A DNA stretch of 53,085 bases, from the NCBI GenBank assembly GCA_964516865.1, contig CAZEXD010000001.1, positions 1 to 53,085 on the forward strand. Reading direction: 5' to 3'. Positions 17,348 through 26,012 of the stretch are shown piece after piece; positions within the stretch are counted from its first letter, which is position 1, and every line of letters begins with the position of its first letter. The notes below the pieces were generated by a model. That model did not search any database, was not told where the DNA came from, and was given only the letters and a program-made list of their open reading frames with translations. The stretch comes from an uncultured Candidatus Saccharibacteria bacterium. GTDB taxonomy: Bacteria; Patescibacteriota; Minisyncoccia; Minisyncoccales; Staskawiczbacteraceae. The translations under genes and the position numbers were made by a program.

Positions 17348-18739
17348 ATGAAAACAAAAAAATTTAGAATTTGTGTTATTGGAACAGGTTATGTCGGATT
17401 GGTGACAGGAACTTGTTTTGCTGAAATTGGTCATAGAGTTATTTGTGTAGATAATAACAGAGAAAAGATAGAAAAACTTCAAAAAGGGTTATCGCCAATT
17501 TACGAGCCCGGACTTGATAAGTTGATTGCCAAAAACAAAAAAGCAGGCAGGTTGTTTTTTGGCACAGAAATTAAAGAAGGCGTTAAAAATTCAGATGTTA
17601 TTTTTATTGCTGTTCATACTCCCACAAAAGAAAATGGAGAAACTGATTTGCGTTTTGTGGAAGCAGTGGCAAAGGAAGTGGCAAAAGCAATGCAAAACTA
17701 TAAAGTGATAGTGAGTAAAAGCACAATGCCGGTAAAAACAGGGCAGAAGATAAAAGAAATAATGAAAAAGTTTGCCGGAAAAGGGATAAATTTTGATGTA
17801 GTTTCCAATCCGGAATTTTTAAAAGAGGGCACCGCGGTTGAAGATTTTTTGAAGCCGGATAGAATTGTGATTGGAGTGGAAAGCAAAAGAGCCAAAAAGA
17901 TTATGCAAGAATTGTATAAACCGATAAGGGCGCCAATTATTTTTACCGATATTGAATCAGCCGAAATTATAAAACACGCCTGCAACGCTTTTTTAGCGAC
18001 AAAGATATCGTTTATTAATGCCATTGCCAATATTTGCGAAAAAAATGGGGCTGATGTGCAAGAAGTGGCGATGGCTATAGGATTAGATAAGAGAATAGGG
18101 AATAGTTTTTTGAGGGCGGGATTGGGGTTCGGCGGTTCTTGTCTTCCCAAAGATATTAACGCTTTTATAAAAGTGGCAGAAAAATCAGGTTATGATTTTA
18201 GACTTTTGAAAGAGGTAAAAAAAATTAATACAAAACAAAGAGAAAATTTTATTAAAAAAATAATAGAAAATTTAGAGGAATTAAAAGATAAAAAATTGGC
18301 GATATTGGGGTTATCTTTTAAACCAAATACTGATGATATGAGAGAAGCTCCTTCAATTGATGTTATCAATAAGTTAGTTGAAAAAGGGGCGATAATCAAA
18401 GCTTACGATCCTGTAGCGATAGAAAAAGCCAGAGGTATTTTCGGCAGTAAAATTATTTATTGCCTTAATCCGTATCAGGCGGTTAAAGATTCAGACGCTT
18501 TGATTATTCTAACCGATTGGGATGAATTTAAAAATATGGATATAAAGAAGATTAAAAAATTATTAAAAATGCCGATAATTTTTGACGGCAGAAATATTTT
18601 TGAGCCCCAAAAAATGGCGAAATTAGGCTTTAAATATTATTCTTTCGGCAGGCAAGGGGACAGTTCTTTCGGCAGGCAAGGGGACAGACCTGGGACTGTC
18701 CCCAACCAACATGGCAAGACCAACAAGACAATTTTATAA
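17348..18739 (+). CDS. ugd: UDP-glucose 6-dehydrogenase with element-derived C-terminal extension
   Basis: ICVIGTGYVGLVTG, GFGGSCLPKD catalytic-Cys motif, full three-domain length. The last ~30 codons (SFGRQGDS SFGRQGDRPGTVPN...) are read through a duplicated 24-mer and a REP hairpin. Confidence 0.85.
   Translation: MKTKKFRICVIGTGYVGLVTGTCFAEIGHRVICVDNNREKIEKLQKGLSPIYEPGLDKLIAKNKKAGRLFFGTEIKEGVKNSDVIFIAVHTPTKENGETDLRFVEAVAKEVAKAMQNYKVIVSKSTMPVKTGQKIKEIMKKFAGKGINFDVVSNPEFLKEGTAVEDFLKPDRIVIGVESKRAKKIMQELYKPIRAPIIFTDIESAEIIKHACNAFLATKISFINAIANICEKNGADVQEVAMAIGLDKRIGNSFLRAGLGFGGSCLPKDINAFIKVAEKSGYDFRLLKEVKKINTKQRENFIKKIIENLEELKDKKLAILGLSFKPNTDDMREAPSIDVINKLVEKGAIIKAYDPVAIEKARGIFGSKIIYCLNPYQAVKDSDALIILTDWDEFKNMDIKKIKKLLKMPIIFDGRNIFEPQKMAKLGFKYYSFGRQGDSSFGRQGDRPGTVPNQHGKTNKTIL
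18640..18687 (+). repeat. Exact tandem duplication of 24 nt (ttctttcggcaggcaaggggacag x2)
   Basis: Copies at 18640..18663 and 18664..18687; each ends with the left arm (ggggacag) of the REP hairpin. Confidence 0.95.
18680..18703 (+). repeat. REP-like hairpin, copy 1 (GGGGACAG-ACCTGGGA-CTGTCCCC)
   Basis: 8-bp GC-rich stem, 8-nt loop; identical 24-mer recurs at 19358..19381; immediately upstream of the RAYT gene. Confidence 0.9.
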
Positions 18740-19352
18740 GGGAGGATTTTGGCATATATTAAACCGAGGAATTGATAAAATGGATATTTTCCGCAGCAAA
18801 GAAGATTATAATTTTTACCTTTATAAAATAAAAGAATCTTTTAATAAATATCCGGTTGGAATTTGCGCGTTCAACTTTCTTTCAAATCACATTCATTATT
18901 TAATAAAACAAACAAGAGAAGAAATTCCACCAAATAAATTCATTGCAAGCGTTCACACAAGTTTAGGTAATTATATTAATCGGAAATATACAAGAGTTGG
19001 ACATCTGTTTCAAAATAGATGCAAGATTAAAGATATTAAAGAAGACAAACATCTTTTAGTCATATCTGTTTATATAAATTTGAATAAAGTTTTAGAAGAA
19101 TTACAAAAGAGAAAGAAAACTACTATTTTAAAAAGCGAGTTGCAAAAATTATTAAAGTCAGCCGAAATTGATCCATGGAGTAGCTATCCTGTATATTTAG
19201 GGATAAGAGAAGATGGCATTACGGAATGTGAGTTTATTTTATCGCTTTTATCAGATGATATTAAAAAAGCAAGAAAAGAATATAAAAAATTCGCCGAAGA
19301 ACTTCTTACTTCGGGTTATTTCTTAAAGACAAGAGATTTATTGTTTGAATAA
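18711..19352 (+). CDS. REP-associated tyrosine transposase (RAYT; IS200/IS605 Y1 HUH family)
   Basis: MARPTRQFYKGGFWHILNRG; HUH motif in LSNHIHYLIK; GHLFQNRCK; VYINLNKV (YI.LNP-like). Confidence 0.8.
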   Translation: MARPTRQFYKGGFWHILNRGIDKMDIFRSKEDYNFYLYKIKESFNKYPVGICAFNFLSNHIHYLIKQTREEIPPNKFIASVHTSLGNYINRKYTRVGHLFQNRCKIKDIKEDKHLLVISVYINLNKVLEELQKRKKTTILKSELQKLLKSAEIDPWSSYPVYLGIREDGITECEFILSLLSDDIKKARKEYKKFAEELLTSGYFLKTRDLLFE

Positions 19353-19357
19353 TAAAC

Positions 19358-19381
19358 GGGGACAGACCTGGGACTGTCCCC
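19358..19381 (+). repeat. REP-like hairpin, copy 2
   Basis: ggggacagacctgggactgtcccc, identical and in the same orientation as 18680..18703, 5 nt after the RAYT stop. Confidence 0.9.
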
Positions 19382-19390
19382 ATTGAACCT

Positions 19391-20323
19391 ATGTGCATAA
19401 AAAAGATATTAATTACAGGTTCCTCTGGGACGATTGGCACCCGGCTTTTTGAAAAACTTTTGGAAAAAAACTATCAGGTTGTCGGTTTTGATAAAAAGAA
19501 GAATAAGTGGTATAAACATTTAGATGAATTGACTATAAAGGGAAATCTCTTAAATAAAAAAGATTTATTAAAAATCCCCAAAGGCATTAATTTAATAATT
19601 CATTTGGCGGCTAATGCCCGCGTTTATGATTTGGTGGTAAACCCGGATTTGGCTTTGGAAAATGTGATTTCTACCTACAATATTTTAGAATTTGCGCGCA
19701 AGAATAATATAAAAAAATTTATTTTCTCTTCTAGCAGAGAAGTATACGGCAACAGAAAAAAAGCGATTGCTAAAGAAAAAGAAGTTGATATTCAGTTATG
19801 CGAAAGCCCTTACGCCGCCAGCAAAATTTCAGATGAGGCGCTGATTTATTCTTTTTCAAAATGTTATGGCATAGATTATATTATTTTTCGTTTATCCAAT
19901 GTTTATGGAATGTATGATGAGAGCGACAGATTTATTCCTTTGATGATTAGAAAAATGCGCAAGAACGAAGATGTAGAGATTTATGGCAAAAACAAGCTTT
20001 TAGATTTTACCTATATTGACGATTGCGTAGAAGGTATAATTAAGGGAATTGAAAGATTTTCTTACGCAAAAAATAACACTTTTAACATCGCCAGCGGCAA
20101 GGGCGAAAAGTTAATTAAAGTTGCCCGGCTTCTTAAAAAAAGTTTAAACAGTAAAAGCAAAATTTTCATAAAACAAAGTCGTCAAGGCGAGGTAATTCAA
20201 TTTATCGCCGATATTTCTAAAGCAAAAAGATTGTTTAATTATATACCAAAGATTAATATAAACAGAGGAGTTAAGCTTTCAACAAAATGGTATTTTCACT
20301 ATGATTCCCTTGAACAGAATTAA
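19391..20323 (+). CDS. NAD-dependent sugar epimerase/dehydratase (SDR)
   Basis: ILITGSSGTIGTRLFEKLL; catalytic YAASK. Confidence 0.8.
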   Translation: MCIKKILITGSSGTIGTRLFEKLLEKNYQVVGFDKKKNKWYKHLDELTIKGNLLNKKDLLKIPKGINLIIHLAANARVYDLVVNPDLALENVISTYNILEFARKNNIKKFIFSSSREVYGNRKKAIAKEKEVDIQLCESPYAASKISDEALIYSFSKCYGIDYIIFRLSNVYGMYDESDRFIPLMIRKMRKNEDVEIYGKNKLLDFTYIDDCVEGIIKGIERFSYAKNNTFNIASGKGEKLIKVARLLKKSLNSKSKIFIKQSRQGEVIQFIADISKAKRLFNYIPKININRGVKLSTKWYFHYDSLEQN

Positions 20324-21785
20324 AAATATTTTATTAATTGAAAAATCCGGTTCTCTTTCCGAAAAAACAATAAAAGGAAGCGTGTGGCTTCTTCTTTTAC
20401 GCGTTGTTGATCAATTTCTTCGTTTTGTAAAGATAATTATTTTAGCCAGAATTTTATCTCCAAACGACTTTGGTCTTTTTGGAGCTTCTTTGGCTGTTTT
20501 TGCTATGGCGGAATCTTTTTCTCAAACAGGTTTTCAGCAGGCTTTAATTCAAAAAAAAGAAAATGTTAAAAATTATCTTAATACAGCTTGGACTATTCAA
20601 ATAATAAGAGGCCTTATTTTATCTATTATTTTATTTATTACCGCACCGTTAGCGGCCAATTTTTTTAAAACTCCTCAGATAGCGTTGATGATAAGAATTT
20701 TAGCGCTTTCAACTTTTTGTTCTAGTTTTACCAATATTGGCTTGGTTTATTTTCAAAAAGAACTGCAAATGCATAAGTATTTTATGTATCAATCTATAGG
20801 AGGTTTGTTAGATTTTTTAGCCACTGTGACTATAGTATTAATATGGCCTACTGTGTGGGCCCTTATTTTCGGTTTCTTAATGGGCAATATTTTTAAAATT
20901 ATAATCTCTTACAAAGTACACCCTTATCGTCCAAGATTTAAAATTAGTTTTACAAAAGCAAAAGAGCTTTTTAATTTTGGAAAATGGATTTTTAGTTCCA
21001 ACATTATTGGTTTTTTTATACTTCAAGGAGACAGTATTTTTATAGGTAAATTATTAGGAATGGCGTCTCTTGGTTTTTACCAGGTGGCGTATAAAATAGC
21101 GAGTTTTTTAAATACAGAAATAATTTTTGGCACTCTTTTTCCCGCTTATTCAAAAATACAGGATAATAAAGATGCGCTTAAAAAAGCATATTTTAACACG
21201 CTTAAAATATCATTTTTTATTTTTATGCCTATGGCCGGAGGGATTTTTGTGATATCAAATGATATAATAAAAATATTTTTTGGCGATAAATGGCTCCCGG
21301 CTGCGGTTCCTTTAAAATTTTTAATATGGTCCAGCCTGTTATGGGGTATTGTGACAATAACAGCCCCTTTAATTCAAGCTGTTGGAAAGCCAAAAATAGA
21401 AACATTTTGGAACGGAGTGAGATTTGCGCTTCTGTTACTTTTTCTCTACCCATTTGTTGCTATTTATGGAATATCCGGCGCCGCTTTGGTAGTTTTATTA
21501 AGCGTTTTTGTGTCAAGTGTTGGTTTTGTATTGTCGGCACTAAAGATTATTGGGGCAAAGATTAAAGATTTTTGGAAGATAATGGCAATTCCTTTTATTT
21601 CTACAATAATAATGATATTAATTGTTTGGCAAAGCGATTTAATATTTTTTGGGAGGATTAATCTTTTTTACAAAATAATATTGGGCGGGTTAATTTATTT
21701 TTTATTGATGTATATCGCAGAGAAAAAAAATTATTATCAAATAACCCCGCTTTTTAAAAGAATTTTATTTTTGTTTAAAGAATAA
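20301..21785 (+). CDS. wzx: Second Wzx-type flippase / polysaccharide biosynthesis protein (MOP superfamily)
   Basis: 494 aa multi-pass membrane protein; KGSVWLLLLRVVDQFLRFVKIIILARILSPNDFGLF is the typical family N-terminus. Confidence 0.7.
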   Translation: MIPLNRIKNILLIEKSGSLSEKTIKGSVWLLLLRVVDQFLRFVKIIILARILSPNDFGLFGASLAVFAMAESFSQTGFQQALIQKKENVKNYLNTAWTIQIIRGLILSIILFITAPLAANFFKTPQIALMIRILALSTFCSSFTNIGLVYFQKELQMHKYFMYQSIGGLLDFLATVTIVLIWPTVWALIFGFLMGNIFKIIISYKVHPYRPRFKISFTKAKELFNFGKWIFSSNIIGFFILQGDSIFIGKLLGMASLGFYQVAYKIASFLNTEIIFGTLFPAYSKIQDNKDALKKAYFNTLKISFFIFMPMAGGIFVISNDIIKIFFGDKWLPAAVPLKFLIWSSLLWGIVTITAPLIQAVGKPKIETFWNGVRFALLLLFLYPFVAIYGISGAALVVLLSVFVSSVGFVLSALKIIGAKIKDFWKIMAIPFISTIIMILIVWQSDLIFFGRINLFYKIILGGLIYFLLMYIAEKKNYYQITPLFKRILFLFKE

Positions 21786-21820
21786 GACTTTTAATTACAA
21801 AAGAATAATAAATCAAAAAA

Positions 21821-24007
21821 ATGAAAAACATTAAAATTTTAGCTACTATTGGGCCTTCCTCATTTAAAAAGGAGATTATTCAAAAAATGGATTCTTTTGG
21901 CGTAGATTTGTTCCGGCTTAATCTTTCTCATACAAAAATTGAAGATTTTAAAAACTTTGTTAAAGAAATTAAGCAATGGACAAAAAAACCAATTTGTATT
22001 GACACGGAAGGGGCTCAAATTAGAACCGGTAAATTTAAAAAAGACAAAATTTTGGCTCAGAATAATTCTATTGTTTCTTTGGTTCCTGCCGAAATTTTGG
22101 GCGACAAAAAAAACATTCCTCTTTATCCTATTATTCCCCACAAAGTTTTAAAAGAAGGAGATATTCTTTATTTGGATTTTCATAATGTAATAATTCAGGT
22201 GATAAAAATTAACGGCAAGGAGGTTAAAGCCAGAATATTGGAAGGAGGATGGGTGGGGTCAAACAAAGGAGTAAATATGGATAGACCTCTTGATTTGCCG
22301 GCTTTTACGAAGAAGGACTTGGCAATTTTTCAAATAGCAAAAAAAGAAGAAATGAATTATATCGCTTTATCTTTCGCCTCCAGAAAAGAAGACATTGAAG
22401 AATTAAGAAAAATTTTTCAATACCCCATTTTTGTTATTAGCAAAATAGAAAGCAGGAAGGGAGTAGAAAATGTGGAAGAAATTTGTCGATATAGCGATGC
22501 TATTTTAATTGACAGAATGGATTTGTCTCGCGATATACCCTTGCAAAAAATAGGCTTGGCCCAAAAATCTATTTTAGATACCGTAAAAAAAATTAAGAAA
22601 CCTGTTTTTGTGGCTACAAACCTTTTGGATGCAATGATGGAAAACTTTCAACCGACAAGGAGCGAAATTAATGATATCACCAATATTTTATTATCAGGCG
22701 CCTCAGGTTTGGTTTTGGCGGCGGAAACAGCCATTGGAAAACATCCAGCCGAGTGTGTCAGAATGGCAAGTGGGATAATAAAAGAGGTAATAAGATATCA
22801 AAAGGAAAAAGATAAAAAATATTTAACTTCGATTTACGATTATAATTTAATTGAACCTCACGGAGGCGAATTGGTGCAAAATATTATTAATAAAGAAGCG
22901 ATTCAAAACATCGATAAATTGCCAAAATTAAAAATTTCAAAAGAGACAATATTGGATGTAGTTCAAATTGTGGAAGGAACGTATTCGCCGCTGAGAGGAT
23001 TTATGGATTTCAAGAATTTAATTTCGGTTTTAGATAATTATAGGCTTTCAAATGGAATAATTTGGACTTTGCCGATTTTGTTGCAAGCGACTAAAAAAGA
23101 GATTAAATTTAAAGAAGGGGAAACCGTCGCTCTTTTGGAAGAAACTGGAAAAGAGGTATTTGCTTTAATAAATGTTTCTGAAATTAAGAAAATTGATTTA
23201 GAAAAAATAGCCAAAAAGTGGTTTGGGACAACTGATAAATCGCACCCTGGGGTGGTTAATTTCAAAAAGAAAGGAGATTATATAATAGCTGGAGAAGTTT
23301 TTTTAATTGAGAAACCAAATTCTTACGCTGAGTTTTATGCTTTAACCCCGAAGCAAAGTAGGGAAATTTTTAAGAACTTTGGTTGGCAAAAAATTGTAGG
23401 GTTTCATACCAGGAATGTTATTCACCGAGGGCATGAATTTATCCAGAAAGAAGCTTTAAAGAAAGCCGACGCCGACGCTTTGTTTATAAGTCCTGTTATT
23501 GGTCCCAAGAAAAAAGGTGATTTTACTGCTCAAGCGATTGTTTCGGCATACGAAGTGATGATTAATAAAAAATACTATCATCCTTATTCGGCAATTATTG
23601 GAGCATTTGCGACATATTCAAGATATTCAGGACCGAGAGAGGCGGTTTTTACCGCTTTGTGCAGAAAAAATTTCGGATGTAGTCATTTTATTGTTGGTCG
23701 TGATCATACGGGTGTAGGCAATTTTTATAAACCGGATGCCTCGCAGAAGATATTTCAAAAAATAGGCGATATTGGTATTGTTCCCTTATTTTTTAACACT
23801 GCTTATTTTTGCAAAAAATGCGGTCAGGTGACAGATTATTGTAGGCACGGAGAGGAATCAAAAATAACTATTAGCGGTACAAAAATAAGGAATTGTTTGA
23901 TAAACAATGAAAAAATACCCGATTATCTGATGCGAAATGATATTAGTAAAATGCTCAAAGATATGTACAAATCTAATAAAGATATTTTATTTGAAAAAGG
24001 AGAATAA
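21821..24007 (+). CDS. sat: Fusion protein: pyruvate-kinase-like barrel (about aa 1-335) + complete sulfate adenylyltransferase (ATP sulfurylase, about aa 340-728)
   Basis: PK motifs ILATIGPSS, FRLNLSHT, ISKIESRKGVEN, ATNLLDAM, PTRSEINDITN, LAAETAIGKHP. Sat motifs GFHTRNVIHRGHEF (QxRNxxHxxH-like) and IVGRDHTGVG. One uninterrupted ORF. Confidence 0.8.
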   Translation: MKNIKILATIGPSSFKKEIIQKMDSFGVDLFRLNLSHTKIEDFKNFVKEIKQWTKKPICIDTEGAQIRTGKFKKDKILAQNNSIVSLVPAEILGDKKNIPLYPIIPHKVLKEGDILYLDFHNVIIQVIKINGKEVKARILEGGWVGSNKGVNMDRPLDLPAFTKKDLAIFQIAKKEEMNYIALSFASRKEDIEELRKIFQYPIFVISKIESRKGVENVEEICRYSDAILIDRMDLSRDIPLQKIGLAQKSILDTVKKIKKPVFVATNLLDAMMENFQPTRSEINDITNILLSGASGLVLAAETAIGKHPAECVRMASGIIKEVIRYQKEKDKKYLTSIYDYNLIEPHGGELVQNIINKEAIQNIDKLPKLKISKETILDVVQIVEGTYSPLRGFMDFKNLISVLDNYRLSNGIIWTLPILLQATKKEIKFKEGETVALLEETGKEVFALINVSEIKKIDLEKIAKKWFGTTDKSHPGVVNFKKKGDYIIAGEVFLIEKPNSYAEFYALTPKQSREIFKNFGWQKIVGFHTRNVIHRGHEFIQKEALKKADADALFISPVIGPKKKGDFTAQAIVSAYEVMINKKYYHPYSAIIGAFATYSRYSGPREAVFTALCRKNFGCSHFIVGRDHTGVGNFYKPDASQKIFQKIGDIGIVPLFFNTAYFCKKCGQVTDYCRHGEESKITISGTKIRNCLINNEKIPDYLMRNDISKMLKDMYKSNKDILFEKGE

Positions 24008-24014
24008 GACAAAA

Positions 24015-24539
24015 ATGATAATTTGGTTTACCGGGCTTTCCGGTTCGGGCAAAACAACATTGGCAAGATATTTAAAAGAGATTTTAGAAAGAAATGGTTT
24101 TTCTGTTTTTCATATTGATGGAGATGTTTTTCGCACTCAGTATAAGAAAGAAAACAGATTTTGTCGCAAAGACATTATAGAAAATAATAGGAATATAATT
24201 TCTTATTGTTCGCAATTGAAAAAAAATTATGATTTTTTGCTTGTTTCGGTTATCGCTCCCTATCAAAAGACGAGAGACGAGGCAAGAAAAATTTTTCAAA
24301 AGGAATATTTGGAAATATTTTTAAATTGTCCCTTGGAGATTTTGATAAAAAATGATGTAAAAGGATTGTACAAAAAAGCGAAAAAAGGAGAAATTAAAAA
24401 TCTAATTGGTTTCTCCCAAAACTCTCCTTATGAAAAACCACAAAAACCAGATTTAGAAATAAGGACAGATAAAACCAATATAGAGGAGTCCTTAAAGCAG
24501 ATAATAGATTTAATTAAGAAAAATGGAATCTCAATCTGA
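24015..24539 (+). CDS. cysC: Adenylylsulfate (APS) kinase
   Basis: MIIWFTGLSGSGKTTLARYL P-loop, about 175 aa, directly after sat; ATG 24015 preferred over the track's 23937 start. Confidence 0.8.
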   Translation: MIIWFTGLSGSGKTTLARYLKEILERNGFSVFHIDGDVFRTQYKKENRFCRKDIIENNRNIISYCSQLKKNYDFLLVSVIAPYQKTRDEARKIFQKEYLEIFLNCPLEILIKNDVKGLYKKAKKGEIKNLIGFSQNSPYEKPQKPDLEIRTDKTNIEESLKQIIDLIKKNGISI

Positions 24540-25269
24540 AAAAATAATATTAGTTGCAGATTATGGTCGGTCAGGGCAGGGCTGGCTTTCTTATATGCTC
24601 TGTTATATTTTAAATGCCCGATTTATTGAACCATATGATTTTTTAAAAGGTAGAAAGTATTCCAAATCCGATTATGTTTTTAACCTCACTCAGGGAAATT
24701 TGCCGGACAGAGAAAAGACTTGTTATTCAATGGTGGTGAAAACTCACGAGTTTCCCGCACCCGATTTTAATTTAACAGATAAGGTGATTTTTTTAACTCG
24801 CGACCCGAGAGATGTGGCTGTTTCTGCTTATTATATGCACTTATTTTATGAAAAAAAATACAGGAAATTAAGAAGTTTTTTAGGAAGGATAGTGAGTTTA
24901 ATAAGAAGTATTAGAATAATAAATTATATTCGCACAGCTAAGGGTTGGAAAAAGTATTTTCAAAAATGGCAAGAAGTGCCGTATTATTTTGTAAGATACG
25001 AAGATTTATTGTTAAAAACTAAAGAAACCTTAAATGGTATTTTGGATTACCTTGGCGTTTCGGTAAAAGAGAATATTATTGAAGAAGCCGTTAATAAATT
25101 TTCTTTTGAAAAAATAACCGGTAGAAAAAAAGGAGAAGAAGACCCAAACAACCCCGAATTTAGAAAAGGTATTATTGGAGATTACAAAAATCATTTTTCA
25201 AAATCAGAATTAATAATCTTTAAATTAATCTGCGGGAAAGAAGCAAAAAAGGCAGGTTATAATTTATAA
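24523..25269 (+). CDS. PAPS-dependent sulfotransferase (Sulfotransfer_1-like)
   Basis: 5'-PSB loop-like YGRSGQGWL, 3'-PB motif LTRDPRDVAVSAYY, and RKGIIGDYKNHFS (RKGxxGDWKNxF-type). Confidence 0.85.
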   Translation: MESQSEKIILVADYGRSGQGWLSYMLCYILNARFIEPYDFLKGRKYSKSDYVFNLTQGNLPDREKTCYSMVVKTHEFPAPDFNLTDKVIFLTRDPRDVAVSAYYMHLFYEKKYRKLRSFLGRIVSLIRSIRIINYIRTAKGWKKYFQKWQEVPYYFVRYEDLLLKTKETLNGILDYLGVSVKENIIEEAVNKFSFEKITGRKKGEEDPNNPEFRKGIIGDYKNHFSKSELIIFKLICGKEAKKAGYNL

Positions 25270-25271
25270 AT

Positions 25272-26012
25272 ATGATTAATTTTCAAGAATACGCTGATTA
25301 TTACGATTTGTTATATCAAGACAAGGATTACAAAAAAGAATGTGATTTTTTGCTTTCCGTTATTAAAAAGCATTCTCCCATAGAAGTAAGAAGTATTTTA
25401 AGTTTGGGTTGCGGAACAGCCAATCACGATATTATTTTAGCCAGAAAAGGATTTAAAATTACAGGTATAGATAGGTCAAAAAAGATGATTAAAATTGCGG
25501 AGGAAAAAGCAAAAAAAGAAAATTTAGACATTGAATTTAAAATAGCCGATATTACAGATTTTAAAATTAATAAAAAACTTGATTTTGCAATGGCAATGTT
25601 TAATGTTGTTGGTTATTTAACAGAAAATATGCAGATGGAAAAAATGTTAAAGAATATAAATAGAGTTTTAAAAAAGAGCGCTTTGTTTGTTTTTGATTGC
25701 TGGTACGGGCCGGCAGTTTTAAAAAGCCGTCCCGAAAATAGAGAAAAAGAAATTAGAAAAGGATTTATAAGAAAGACAACTCAAAAATTAGATATAGAAA
25801 AAAGTATTATTGATATAAATTTTGAAATGTTAGAGAATGGAAAATTTTTAGCCAAGGAAAACCACAAAATGAGATTTTGGTACCTAAAAGAATTAGAATA
25901 TTTTTTGGAAGAAAATGATTTTGAATTGATAAAAGTTTGCAATTTTTTAGATTTGAATTCAAAAATTTCAGAAGATAATTGGAATATTTTTGTCATAGCC
26001 AGAAAAAAATAA
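25272..26012 (+). CDS. Class I SAM methyltransferase (TylM1/DesVI-like layout; possible sugar N-methyltransferase)
   Basis: YADYYDLLYQDKDYKKE...ILSLGCGTANHDIILARKGFKITGIDRSKKMI; MFNVVGYL. Confidence 0.75.
   Translation: MINFQEYADYYDLLYQDKDYKKECDFLLSVIKKHSPIEVRSILSLGCGTANHDIILARKGFKITGIDRSKKMIKIAEEKAKKENLDIEFKIADITDFKINKKLDFAMAMFNVVGYLTENMQMEKMLKNINRVLKKSALFVFDCWYGPAVLKSRPENREKEIRKGFIRKTTQKLDIEKSIIDINFEMLENGKFLAKENHKMRFWYLKELEYFLEENDFELIKVCNFLDLNSKISEDNWNIFVIARKK

Noticed and set aside
21821-22825. PK-like domain considered as the organism's ordinary glycolytic pyruvate kinase
   Set aside because: It lacks the C-terminal domain, has RMDLS instead of RGDLG, and is translationally fused to ATP sulfurylase inside a glycan operon. 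It is therefore treated as a specialised module; a housekeeping role cannot be fully excluded.
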